From the NCBI GenBank assembly GCA_964016885.1, contig OZ024746.1, positions 36,518,001-36,582,000 on the forward strand: a stretch of 64,000 bases of DNA, given 5' to 3'. Positions 18,450-32,518 of this stretch are shown piece by piece. Each line of letters opens with the position of its first letter. The stretch's first letter is position 1. The translations under genes were made by a program, and so were the position numbers. The DNA is from Eledone cirrhosa (Eukaryota). The notes beneath the pieces are model-generated. The model was not told where the DNA came from and ran no database searches. It saw only the letters and a program-made list of their open reading frames with translations.

Positions 18450-18450
<1 letters not shown>
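16690..18450 (+). mobile_element. Penelope-like element 3' portion (GIY-YIG) with a ~530-bp inverted 5' duplication
   Basis: ORFs 17267-17701 (+) and 16766-17122 (-) are mirror copies reading CTNRTCIIC...NCKTRNVVYSIRC..C...IGETARSIGE. A 3' UTR with CTGACGA-gttgca/tgcaac-GAAA (18219-18246) follows. TA-flanked. Confidence 0.85.
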
Positions 18451-18512
<62 letters not shown>

Positions 18513-19462
18513 GTGTGTATATATATATATATGTAATCATTTATCCAATATTTATTCATCTGATTTTGTGTAAACTCCCCTTTTACTAATATTGGCACAC
18601 AGTTCATTATGCATTAACACCGTGATATTATGTTTATATGAGTAATTACATCAATTAAACAAGGAAAAATCCATTTAATTGGTCATGTGACTACTTATGA
18701 AGTATCCAGTATGTATACCACCGCCCTCCCATACCCCACCCCCCACACACACACCACTAAAAAAAAATCACTTTAACACAAAGGAAAAAATATGTTTTTA
18801 CTATGGTTCTCATTATCGCAAACTTGTTCATTGCAAAGATGATCAGGATAAATACATATGTTCTTTTATCCTTTTTTATTATATTTTATTACTAACAAAT
18901 CCTGAATTGTGGTGTAGAAAAAGAGCAGAACGTTAGACATGTAGGTATTTTTAAGCTACATACTTCAAAGTGAGAATCGTCGATAATATTCGTTTCTTGC
19001 TTTAACCCTTCGTCTTTTAATGTTATGTATACACGTATCTTGCTGTATCCCTTCATTTTAAATATTATTTTCACTATAGCGGGATGATACTGTAGTCAAA
19101 TCAGTGGGAGGAATTTTGTACACTAATGCCTAGTAATATATTATTGATGCATTCATTAGTTTAGTCATATGTAGCACAATATATATTAAATAGTATAATT
19201 ACTTTCGTTACCGCCACCATCGTCATTATCAGCAGCAGTAGCGATTTAAACGATATACAAAAGACCACTAATCTTATATTTTCCTGAATATACAGTAGCA
19301 ATTTGAAAACATTTTTCCGAAATTTTGTTGAATTTCACATCTCATGAAAAATCAATATTCCTTCTAATAGGAAATACTAAATAGAATATTTAGAAGAATT
19401 CTCTTCATATGACAATACTAGAATTGCGAGTAAAAACATAACCCTCTGACAATTGAAAGGAA

Positions 19463-20380
19463 ATGTTCAACTGCAGCAGTCTATCGGATGCATCCGATAT
19501 ACTAACTCGTACTATACAATATGCTTCCGTGACCTTATTGGTTTTTGGGAGTATCGGAAATTCAACAGTCATCGCAATGTTTTACTGGAATGAAATGCGT
19601 CAGTCAGTTATCGCCCCATATCTTTTTTTCCTGCTTATTGTGGATTTGATTTCGATCTGGGGAAATTACCCAAGAATTATATGGATTACTTCGCATTGTG
19701 AAATCGGGCCAGATGTAATATATACTAGTGAATACTTTCTCTTTGCCAATTTTGTATTAAATATATGTTCATCATGGCTAACAGTTGTCATATCAACAGA
19801 ACGCCTATTAGCAGTTTTCTGTCCATTTTCTCGTCGTTATTCACCAAAACCATGCATTCCGTACATTGTAATGTTAATTCTACTTGCATGTGTATCAATC
19901 ACATGCACTATCATTATATATTTTGTAAAGTCCTTTTGGTATGCTATGCAAAGTTTAATCATGTTGTATTCTTTCATACCATCAATATTTTTAATAATCT
20001 TTTCTATTCTTCTGATTTATAAATTATGTCACCGCCCTAACCTCGGTCAGTCTTTTCAGCGGAAAAATTCATCGCAGTCCAGGACTACAATCTATCTTGT
20101 GATTACCATAAATGCAGTATTTTTGCTAACAACATTTCCTGTTTCAATTTACCACTCAATTTGGGAAGAGAGCCTTCAAGTTAGAACACATTTACTGCTT
20201 GATAGTTTAGCTTGTATTAATAATTGTATCAATTTTATTTTGTATTTCTTTCTAAGCAAAACATTTCGCGAATATTTGAATAAAATATTATCTAAAATGA
20301 AACGAACGAACATAATATTAGAAAATACAGAAACACGTGGCGCAAACATTGCAGTAAACGGAGGAGAATCGTCACCATGA
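19463..20380 (+). CDS. Class A 7TM GPCR with single-exon CDS, paralog 2 (305 aa)
   Basis: GSIGN, SSWLTVVISTERL, YSFIP, HRPNLG, FLLTTFP, NNCINFILY, SKTFRE. Intact ORF, divergently oriented to paralog 1. Confidence 0.93.
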   Translation: MFNCSSLSDASDILTRTIQYASVTLLVFGSIGNSTVIAMFYWNEMRQSVIAPYLFFLLIVDLISIWGNYPRIIWITSHCEIGPDVIYTSEYFLFANFVLNICSSWLTVVISTERLLAVFCPFSRRYSPKPCIPYIVMLILLACVSITCTIIIYFVKSFWYAMQSLIMLYSFIPSIFLIIFSILLIYKLCHRPNLGQSFQRKNSSQSRTTIYLVITINAVFLLTTFPVSIYHSIWEESLQVRTHLLLDSLACINNCINFILYFFLSKTFREYLNKILSKMKRTNIILENTETRGANIAVNGGESSP

Positions 20381-20535
20381 TATATACATTTTGGATAACG
20401 TAACTTATCGCCATGATTATGTTTTACTGTGCATCACTATTCAAATTAGATTCATTTACCATTGATATAAAGATGTTTACACACAAACACACACACGCGC
20501 ATATATATATATATATATATACACACGCACACACG

Positions 20536-20580
<45 letters not shown>

Positions 20581-20581
20581 C

Positions 20582-20676
<95 letters not shown>

Positions 20677-20677
20677 T

Positions 20678-20712
<35 letters not shown>

Positions 20713-21530
20713 TTACTGAGGTATACATAAATGTATTAAATACGGAAGCACATGTACACATTTATCTGTGCGTGTGTGTGTTTGAATGCTTGCTCGTATG
20801 TGTCTTTCGGTGTGGTGTTCACCAGAAAACGACGAAATCAGATATTTTGAAATGTATTCTGATTTTGGAGAATACATATGAGGGAAATATATTGATCGTT
20901 TTAAGGTATTTTGTTTTAATTTTTTATTAAATTTAACATGTCACTCAGCAAATTATGTAATCTTACATTCAGTACAGATTGTCTCTAGTTTTTTTGTTTT
21001 AAGTGTTGGTGTATCTTAATGCAGACTTATGTGTGTAAGGATATATATATACATATATATATCTGTGTGTGTGGTTTTCTGCTGGCATGTGTAGTGTGAA
21101 TACTGATATTATACGCAAGTATATATGCATGTAGATATGATACATCAAATAAAATCGTAATTGACAATATACATAGAAATTGAACGCAGACGTTACACAG
21201 TCTTATTTAATCAGTAACGTAATCCATGATACATTTAAAAAGAGACGATATATATAAACTGCATTAGAAGAATATTAGTGACGGAAACATATGAATGATT
21301 ATTTAAGCGATCGCTAACCGGATATGTAGACATTTGAACATTTTAAAGAACTGAATCTTAAAATAAGCCACTAAGTTATTTATATTTAATCAAGAATAAC
21401 AAAATTTAGTAGATACATTATGTAATATTCATTAATTATTTATTCAAAGTAATCCAACTTATTTTACAAACATGATAACAAAAAAAATATATTCTGGACG
21501 CAATCCTGCACTCCTTACGTTATTATAGTT

Positions 21531-21562
<32 letters not shown>

Positions 21563-21669
21563 GGGGGGGGGGGTTATATGTGTGTGTGCGTGTGCACGTG
21601 TATGCGTGTGTATGTGTGTGTATGTGTGTGTGTGCGTGTGTGTGCGTGTGTCTGCGTGCATGTGTCTAT

Positions 21670-22975
<1,306 letters not shown>

Positions 22976-25900
22976 TACAGGTGTCTGTAAATAAATATTT
23001 CTCCAAATCTATACACATCTACAGCATATATGATGGATTGAATTTTGTTTTGCATTCATTTTCGAACATGATCTTATGTATTATTTTAAACGTTGCACAC
23101 AATTTGTTGACAACATGTGTAACCACTGGGATTATTAACCTCCTCATATATATTTTATATTTTGTAATGTATTCGTAATATTTCTTCAATAGTGAACATA
23201 TCTACGAATATATGCTCACATATTTTATTTTCTTTCGTGAATAAAATTGTTATTTCTGGATAAACACATACAACATACTCCTTTGAATTTTCATTTTAAT
23301 ATATTCGTCTACTGAAACCATTGCTAATCCCATCAAATTACTAAGAATAATACCTAAAATAATTTCTATATTATTCAAAATTATTCTCATTATTTTTACT
23401 GCAATGAGATAGAAATATTTCATAGATTATTGATAGAATTATTGTGATTGCTGTAAGGATTAGTACTTTTCAAATAAAAATAAGTTGATACTGAGCTTTT
23501 TGAATGTAACTAATATGTATAGTACGTATTATATAAAACTCCAACTGAAATTGTGTTGGTACGATATATTTTACGACGTGAAGAACGTTACATCCATAGC
23601 TGAATGATTTAGCGTCAGTTATAAAAATGTGTGTCTCATTTATACTCAGTGGGATATACAGATTACTTATTGTGTTTGATAGTGTTAATGAATATATATT
23701 AGCAACGGCTTAGTGTTCAATAGCTAGGTTTACTTCACTGAATAATGTCCGCCTCTAAATTTGAGAAAAAGTAAAATGTGTCACCAATTAACCATGTTAA
23801 TAATTCTGAAAGTTGTACAATATCTTTCCTGATTTTATTTTTTTTCAAAATTCTCTTAAACTTTTTATGAACTTCACACAAATGGTTCATCAAAAATTCA
23901 TCTAAAGGTTGATCAAATATTTTAGTCAAACCTATTTCAAAAATATTTCAAAGATATCAAAACATTTCTGAAAATGGGCCTTGAAATTTTTCTAAAAGTC
24001 AAAAAATGTTCTACGTAAATTGTTTCTCATAATTATTAGGATATATTCTTTTCATGAAATTTCGAGTAAGTTTTCGAAAGAGAGATAGAGATAAAGGTAT
24101 GAGAATTTTGGGGAATTTGATGAAAAAAATATTTGGAGAAATATTTTAGAAAACGATTTGATAAAATTTGAAATAAAATTGCAACGAAACTATTTGAAAG
24201 GAACGTTTTAAGCAAAATCTTGTGCAAACTTTGAGAACTTTTTGAGATTTTTGAGAAAGGTTGAATAAGATATATCAATGATATTTTTGAAAGAGAAATT
24301 GAAAAATGTTTGTGGATAGTTATTTACTATATTCAGCATAATTTCGCCTATGAATGTGATGCATATTTCAAGGCAAATGTGACGAAAATATTTCGATGAA
24401 TTTTTAAAAAGTATATTGAAAGAACGTTTCAGAAATCTCTGAGGAAAGTTTTTGAAATCTTTGAGGAAAATTATAAAATAATCAAAAATAATATAAACAT
24501 TGATTTCACACTTGCACTATAACGTACCTTTCATATTTAATCTCCTGATTGCTCAGTAACTCGTTGTCACTAAATCAATTTCCTGTATCATTCTTATCAA
24601 ATATGAATTTGAATAGAAAATAAAATAAAATTAATTTTAGGTAATCGAACTGTGTGGGTGATAGAGGAGAACATGGGGATTAATTGGTTATGGGCATGGA
24701 GGGAGGAGATCTTGGGGTGTGCGATGAGATAATGGTGATGTTATTGCTAGTTTTCTAAAGAAAGTCCCCATATTTTTCAAAAGCAACATTTTGAAATATG
24801 TTGTTTTAAATGTTAGAATAATTTATTTGAAACGCTAGTTCTGGTTATGCAAATATATTCTTTTTTTGCTAGTTATCAATAAAATCTCTAACTATTTAGA
24901 ATAATATATTCACCAAAATTTTACGAAGGATTTCATCCAAATATTTCCAGTATTCATCAACATTTTTCAAAACATTCTGGAACACATTCTTTGAAATATT
25001 TACCAAACTCTTTCAAACGTTTAGCCAAATTTCATGTAAAGATTTTCTTAAAAACTCTTATTTATATTAGTCAACATTATATCAAATGATTGCAAAATCT
25101 ATTTCAAAATATTTCCCAAAAGATTCCTTAAAAAGATTTTTCGAAATAAGTTAGAAATCTGCTTTTATGCAAGCAATTTAAGAAATGGAAATTACGAAAT
25201 ACTTTCGAGAAATTTTGGATGTTTTAAGATAATTATGTTGAATTATTTTCAAACATATTTTGATAGAATTTAAAATAAATTTTGTTGAATATTTGAGAGA
25301 TTTTGAGGATAAAGTTTGAATAATATTTTGAGAAAGATTTATTTCGTGTAAAACTTTCTTAAAATGTTGAGAAAAAATTTTAATAAAATCTTTTGACGAT
25401 TTAAATAAAGTTTGAGGAAAAAGTTCAAACAGTTTTATTAATCATATTTTCCAAAATTGTTATATATATTTTAGAGGGAACGATTTAAAGCTTTAATATC
25501 ATAAAAATAAATATTTTTCAATATCCTTTGAAATATTTCGAAATATGGGGAAATGTTTCCAGAAAACATGCAGTTATGACTTGAAAAGGATTCTAAAGAA
25601 AAATAAAAAAAAAAAAGTTTGCAAAATTTCCGAAATCATTTTTTAATAATGTTGAGAATGTATCTGCTGAAAGACTCATAATAAAATTAGAACATTTCTA
25701 GGAACATATTGAGAGAAATATTGTGGAAATATTTGTGGAATCTTCGTGAAAATATTTTGAAATATATTTTGATGAAAATGTACTCGGAAATGTGCTGAAA
25801 TTTATTCTAAATTATTTGATCCAACGAATGAAAGCCTCTTCTAAAAAAGCCTGTTTAAATCTCTCCTCGTTTTTAAGAAAAATATAATTTCTCAAACATG

Positions 25901-26397
25901 AAGCGTTTAAAATAATGAATAATGTATCATGGATACTATTTCGAAACATCTTTGAACATTTTAATGAAATAGTTGTAAAATAATAAGAAGAAAAGAAGGA
26001 TGGAAAAAGAAGAAAATAGGCAAAATTGATTTGGCGCGAGGAATTATCTGCGAGGGTACAGGTTTCATGTAGCGGATAGCCATAGGGTCACCTGATATGA
26101 TGGTTAGGTATGCTATAAGAGTCTCCTGTCGCCGGAGGAATGAACTACCCCGGCCCAACCGTGGTAAGATACTAATGGATATAAAGCAAATTTCGATAAC
26201 TATAGTTCCCAAAGAAACACTCACAACACACCGAAGTATCTAGCATAAGGTGAGTAATGGCTGCCTATGAAGCGCGCATGGATCTTGGAAATATTTCGGG
26301 AAAACAAATTGTCAAATGTTAACAAAAATTTTCTCAAATTTTGAGAGGAGATTTGGGAAAATTGTTGTCGAAAAACAATGATGAAATATTTATGAAA

Positions 26398-26580
26398 TAA
26401 TTGTTTCTACTTTTGGCACAATGTCAGAAATTATACCAGTGCATTACTGGTACTTTAATTCATCGCACTCCGTAAGGAGGAAAGGCAAAGTAAATCCCGG
26501 TTGCAATTGTACTCAGATTGTAAATGTCCGTAAACAATTAGGATATCAAGTAACTATATGCTGCAAAGCATAGCGTATTA
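26398..26580 (-). mobile_element. tRNA-derived SINE, diverged copy
   Basis: taattgtttctact...cagtgcattactggtacttt...cgtaaggaggaaaggcaaagt matches the family in reverse orientation. Confidence 0.75.
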
Positions 26581-27493
26581 CCTCCACCGATACTGTTGCC
26601 AAAAACGATAAGGAACGGGGGAAGAAAAAAAGCCAGAAGACAAAAGACGAACAGATTTTGGTGGAAATGTTCTTTCAGAGTACGATTCTGACGTGGCCGA
26701 TAGCGATACGGCCATCATATATGATGATAATATTTTATGTGATGGGGCTCCCGCCTGATGAATAGACATACAGCGAGTAATTACTAATAGAGATGGAGCA
26801 AAGTTCAACACACTTAATTCCCAAGAATACTATCACAACCCAGTAATGTAGCTTTGACGAAACGGGTTAAGGCATCTTCTATGAAAACCTGGTCTCCGCG
26901 GATTTGAGAAAAATAGAATTTCTCAACCATGAAACGTGAAAATATTTTTATTTTTAATGTATATCAACATTTTCTGAAAGGTTTTCTCCAATTTTTTGAT
27001 AAATCTTCAGTAAGTCGTTTCAAGAACTGTGGTGATATGGTATCAAGACTAGGTGTACTTTTATTTGTTATTTAACAGAGTACTGATGTTGCGTATATGC
27101 CTCTTCTATGATGTTATTAAACAGATTGGAGATATTATTAATGAGAGTACTAATTTCAGCAGTAGATGGAGCATTTATGAGATTCTTGAAATGAATCTCC
27201 CATGTGTTAGTTGGATCGTCACCTTCAATACAATTGGAAATATGAAAGCGTCCCAGCCAGATTGAAAGCCTCTCTTATCATATTTTCAAAGGAAAGTAGA
27301 AGATGGTCAGTAGAAGGTTATGAGAAAATTCAAAAAGAGAAAAGTGAATTTTTGAAAATTATTGAAACAAATTTATATATTTATTTAAGAGAATATTGGT
27401 TGAACTAATCATACGAATAAAACGTTCGGGGAATATGCTGCGAAACCGTTTGTAGAAACATTTGTGGAAAATTATCGAACATATTCGGAAATA

Positions 27494-28030
27494 GTTCAGT
27501 ATTTATCATTGAGTAGAATTCTACTCAATGATAAATACTTCGTCCGTCAGATAAATACTGAACATTAAGGCCACCTGACCTACATTGTTGATAAACACCG
27601 GCTTATCTTCAAAATTGATATAATACACCCTACGACACTCCTTACATGTCAACCTTATACTTCTATTTCATGTCAGCTAGTTTTACACGCCGAAATCTTA
27701 GATAAACTATACCCCCCACCTAATGTAATGTCAGGGTCTCCTCAAATAAGTTATTACTAGCATTGTTGTAATTGTTGTTATTGTTCTAACTGAATGCCAT
27801 TACTACTTCATATAGCAGCCTGTATATTCCTTTCATGCCTGTATATCCTCTTCATTCTCGCATGCTCCGAAGAACTGACTGGTTATAATTTTGTATTGGC
27901 GATCGAGTAACGTGAAAACAAGCGAATAGCGATCTCTAGACCTACCAGTTCAGAGAAACAATTGTCAGCAATGAGATTAAAAACCTTTTTTGTATAGCAA
28001 ACCATGTCAATCTTCTTTCCTGATTTATAT
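27494..28030 (+). mobile_element. Probable Penelope-like 3' fragment with a palindromic 5' junction and a hammerhead motif
   Basis: Perfect 42-bp palindrome at 27498-27539, hammerhead at 27863-27970, ends in (TA)n. Confidence 0.55.
27863..27970 (+). ncRNA. Type I hammerhead motif with a CCGAAGA variant core
   Basis: tgct CCGAAGA a ctgactggt...accagttcag a GAAAC AATT GTC agca. Stem I is 4 bp, stem III is palindromic, and the triplet is GUC. Confidence 0.65.
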
Positions 28031-28114
28031 ATAAATATATATATATATATACAGGAAATATGATAAAAGGGATGACACAACATTTAGGTCTATATTATTA
28101 GAAGAAGAAATATG

Positions 28115-28167
<53 letters not shown>

Positions 28168-28169
<2 letters not shown>

Positions 28170-28338
28170 CGAACGAAATGTGGTAAGGAACCAGGTGGAC
28201 CATAACGCACCAAAGTACTCAATACTTAGGGTAGTAGAGTGGGTAATAGGAACAAGTAAGACCCCGACGGTTAAGCTCAAGCGGTTTCGACGGCTAATTC
28301 AGTACAGAATTAGCCGTCGTGGTCTTACTTGTTCCTAT
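28168..28338. mobile_element. Short TA-flanked repeat, copy 2 of 3, with a terminal fold-back
   Basis: Matches 1629-1787 and 59131-59256. Contains the hairpin cgacggctaattc/gaattagccgtcg and inverted aggaacaagtaagacc/ggtcttacttgttcct. Confidence 0.7.
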
Positions 28339-28348
28339 ATATATATAT

Positions 28349-29966
28349 AGGTCCCGATAGGTTCCCTGCTTGTGTCTTGAAGGCGTGTCAACACCAACTT
28401 GCATCTCCTCTTGCCAATCTGTGGCGGAACTCACTGGATGCTGGATATGTGCCAGAAAAGCTTCTATCCCAGTCTGTTGTCCCAGTTTTCAAAAAGGGAA
28501 ACAAATCCCTTACCGTGAATTACCGTCCAATCTCACTCACCTCTCATATCATTAAGGTATTTGAGAGAGTGGTGAGATCGCGAATGACCCACTTCCTTGA
28601 GAGTAACAATATGCTGAACTCCAACCAGCATGGATTCCGTAATGGAAGGGATTGCCTGACGCAGCTACTGCATCACTTTGATGACATTTTGAGAGCCTTG
28701 GGAGAGGGTTCCAACACTGATGTTATCTACCTTGATTTCAGCAAGGCCTTTGACAGGGTTGATCATAACATTCTACTGAGAAAGCTGTCCAATATTGGTG
28801 TCACTGGAAAGCTGCTGCAGTGGATCAAAAGCTTCCTGTCAAATAGAACCCAACATGTTGTAGTTGAGGGAGTCAAATCCAGCCCAGCCAAAGTCAGTAG
28901 TGGGGTCCCACAAGGCACTGTGTTGGGCCCACTTCTCTTCACCATCTATATTAATGACATCACTGACATCATCAAACACAGCAACATTAACATTTTCGCT
29001 GATGATTCCAAGCTCCAAAAGGTCATCAATGGCGTGGATGACCGGATAAGCCTTCAGTCAGACCTACTGGCTGTTACCCAATGGGCGGAAAAGAACAACA
29101 TGTTACTGAACGAAGACAAATTCGAACTGATCCACTTTGGAAAAGAGGATGCTCTGAAACTCCCGTACTCCCTTCCCTCCGGGGAAACTCTCGTGGCATC
29201 TAACTACATCAGAGACTTGGGAGTAACCGTGGACAGCAACATAAGCTGGGCCACGCATATAAGCAGCAAAGTTGACATGGCCCGCAGAATGTGTTCCTGG
29301 ATCCTCAGAACCTTCCAGTCGAGAGATTCCCACACCATTATCCTTCTCTTCTCTACTTTTGCCCGACCACACCTTGAATACTGTTGTCCTCTGTGGTCTC
29401 CCCACACGAAACAAAGTATCATGAAACTTGAAGCTCCTCAAAGGGCAATCACGAAAAAGATAGATGGCATATCAGACCTTGACTACTGGGGTCGATTAGA
29501 AAAGCTGAAACTTTACACACTCCAACGTCGCAGAGAGCGTTATATTATCTGCATGTTGTGGAAAATGTTCCATCATCACTGCCCAAATGATATTGGCATC
29601 GCTTTCAAGATACACCCAAGGCTTGGGCCCCGTGCTGTCCGTCCCATTCAAAAATCTAAATCGCAACTCATAACAAAAATACGGCACAATTATTTCAGAT
29701 CAATCGGCCCTGCTCTCTTCAACATCACACCAGGACACGTCAAAACAGAAACTGACCACACAAAATTCAAGAAGTCTTTGGACAAATTCCTCCAAGTAAT
29801 CCCGGACAAACCACCCACACCCGGATATGTCTCCGCAAACAGTAATTCTCTTCTCGAATGGGCCATGGTGCCCAAATCCTGAATTGAAAGACTTCGCCAG
29901 GTGGTGCTATTAAGTTAGACATGGTCTGGGCCAATACTGGCCAAAACATTTCAAAGTTATTCAAGG

Positions 29967-29968
<2 letters not shown>
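28349..29968 (+). mobile_element. 5'-truncated CR1/L2-group LINE with an uninterrupted RT frame (ORF 28329-29882)
   Basis: GPD, VPVFKKG, NYRPISLTS, NQHGFR, YLDFSKAFD, SGVPQGTVLGPLLF, FADD, RDLGV, RPHLEYC..WSP. No endonuclease domain. Short 3' UTR and (TA)n on both sides. Confidence 0.92.
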
Positions 29969-30038
<70 letters not shown>

Positions 30039-30390
30039 ATAGGCACATATATCACATGTTCGATCCTGTCATAAAACAGGCAAAACTCCAGAGTAACTAA
30101 ACTCATTATTCAGCCTTAATACAATAAATATTGAAACTCTACTTCGGTATTGTGTGTTCGTTTAACTCAGCCGTCATCCACATACGGATATATATTAGTA
30201 AAAAAGAAAAAAATTAGAAAATACCAATAGAAACTTCTCATAGAATAACAACAAAGCATTTTTTTTTAAAGTAATTTATTGTACCGGTTTCAGGAAATAA
30301 ATATTTCGGCTTCTTCATACTAGAGGAAATATGGATAAAATAACATTTAGGTCTATATTAATTAGAAAAATGTATTAGAGAATATAGTTT

Positions 30391-30433
<43 letters not shown>

Positions 30434-30728
30434 TAAATTCCCATTTTCGTTTATCTCTTTCTCTCTCGCCCTTCCTTGGTGGTGTGGTGGTAGTGGCAGC
30501 TAAAATGTGAGTGTGTGTGTGTATTTGTGTCTGTGTAAGAATACCGTAGATGTATGTGTGTGTAGAGGTGTACATATAAAGGCGAATGAAATGTGGTGTA
30601 TTTACATGAATATAGATTTTTCCCTGGGCTATACTTCACAGATATTAACGGATAATACTTTGATCAGGGCGTCAACCGAAACGAAGTAAACATTGAAGTA
30701 TTCATCTAATAGCATGTATTTGTTTTCA

Positions 30729-30743
30729 TAGTAGTAGCAGCAA

Positions 30744-30808
<65 letters not shown>

Positions 30809-30832
30809 ATAATAGCAGCAGCAGTAGTAGTA
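30729..30832. repeat. (TAG)n microsatellite
   Basis: Visible in the sequence. Confidence 0.95.
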
Positions 30833-30834
30833 TT

Positions 30835-32320
30835 TAACCGGCCAGGTCGATTATCCTTCACGTTATGTGGTTCAGAGCGGTTTGACGAGAGGCATGTTGA
30901 TGAAACGAACCTGTCCTATACCCGCAAGTCAACTCGTGCTGCAGAACGCACTCGTAGAAAATGACACAACTTTTTGAGGCCCACATACACGTTTTCCAGG
31001 GTGTTTCTCTACACCGATGGAAGCGTACTCATCCTCATAAAAGGTATCGGTTGAGGAGGTGGGCAGATAATTTAGCCAAGAGATATGTTCTGATACAGGA
31101 CAATCGAAAAAAATGAAAATGTTTTAAGGAAAATCCGATCAGCCTGAAGGTTTCCCTGCAATTGACATCGTCCTAAATGTGATGGGCATATGCATATAGG
31201 GGACGGTTATATATTCCTTCACTCAGAGTTGATTTCGTTTCCAGTTTCACGGACCCCGCTGCCGTTTTCAAGAGGTCAACGCTGATGAGAGTTTGACACG
31301 ACCAGCTTGGAGATAGGTAGTACACTAGTGCAAGGTCAGAAGTAACTCGCAGGTTGATGCTACCTAATTTCGCGGGGCTTCCAGTTGTTGGCATCCAGCG
31401 CTGTCGAATCTAGCATTGCAAATGGGTTCAGAAAGATCTGATCCCTGTAAGGGTGAACATATGCGCTGGAAAGTGTAAATAATAGGTTGGTTAGGGTAGA
31501 ACTGTTCCTCGGAAGGAATAGTTCAAGATACGCGCCAATGCCTTAAAATCTCTCTGCCCTCCTTCTGATTTAAGCATACCTTGTAATAATGAACTCTGGA
31601 ATGGCGGATATGAACATTGGAGAGCCGAGAATATAGGAATCCTGTTTCAGTATTAGACGTTCCCCATTCAGAAAAGGCTAGATACTAAAGGCGGCGTCTT
31701 TAACTTCATTTTCATCGATCAGGACAGTTTATTGGCACTTTATTAGGTTCTGCTTAAATGACCCGTAGGCTATTTTAGCCGCAGCTCATCAAATGGCGTT
31801 GCCCATTATAATGGGTCTGATGCAACGGTCAATCTTCTTCAACTCATCCAGATCGGATGGGAAGAATGTATTATAGGCGAACGATATTATCCTCACCTCA
31901 TTATCCCACGGCTCAGTAAGATAATGAGGTGAGATTGCTTAATTACTAAGTCGCAGACTATATAGACATTCACTGCTGCTCCCAAGTAAGGATGTCATGG
32001 GGTTATCACGACTTCACTGGACGCGTTGATGACACTACCATGACATGATATCCACTAGTGGATTCAGATTCTTAAATCCGGGAAAACTGAAATGTTATAT
32101 TAAAATAACAATAGTTCCGTCCGTATTTCCTTCAATACGTTCTGGATAGGGATCGAGCAGCCAGGGAGGTCACCATTTGTTGATGCATGAGAGAAATGAG
32201 AACCATTTTCGATCAGCTTCTCTTCGGACCACGCACACTTGATAAAGGGCCAATGAACTGACAAGAACAAGAGAGCCAACCACTTTCCAAACTGCCCATC
32301 CCGTGCCATAGAACGTAATT
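30835..32320 (-). mobile_element. Heavily decayed non-LTR retrotransposon RT region, CRE-like
   Basis: The minus strand reads ELKKIDRCIRPIIMGNAI**AAAK...KDAAFSI*PFLNGERLILKQD, resembling the KKDGGIRPIAVG..RRLAAK...EAAVHA...LKLD pattern of CRE-type RTs. Many stop codons. Confidence 0.45.
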
Positions 32321-32332
32321 TCCTTGTCAAAA

Positions 32333-32518
32333 TAATTGTTTCTACTTTAGGAACAAGGCCAGCAATTACCCAGTGTATTACTTGTACTTTATTTTATCGG
32401 CCCCGTAAGGATGAAAGTCAAAGTCAACCTCGACGGGATTTGAACTCTATGGGGCCATAACTCTATGCATCAATGTATGGTGTCCGACCCTCTACAGAAT
32501 ACTGCCAATTAACCGCCC
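32333..32518 (-). mobile_element. tRNA-derived SINE with target-site duplication
   Basis: Matches the family. The direct repeat ttccttgtcaaaataat lies on both sides. Confidence 0.88.

Noticed and set aside
26020-26280. Higher-GC patch resembling a LINE RT fragment
   Set aside because: Only a faint similarity across several frameshifts; not supportable without an alignment.
30835-32320. Endogenous viral polymerase or telomerase-like RT
   Set aside because: The context around RPII fits a decayed CRE-type non-LTR RT better, and I saw no viral motifs.
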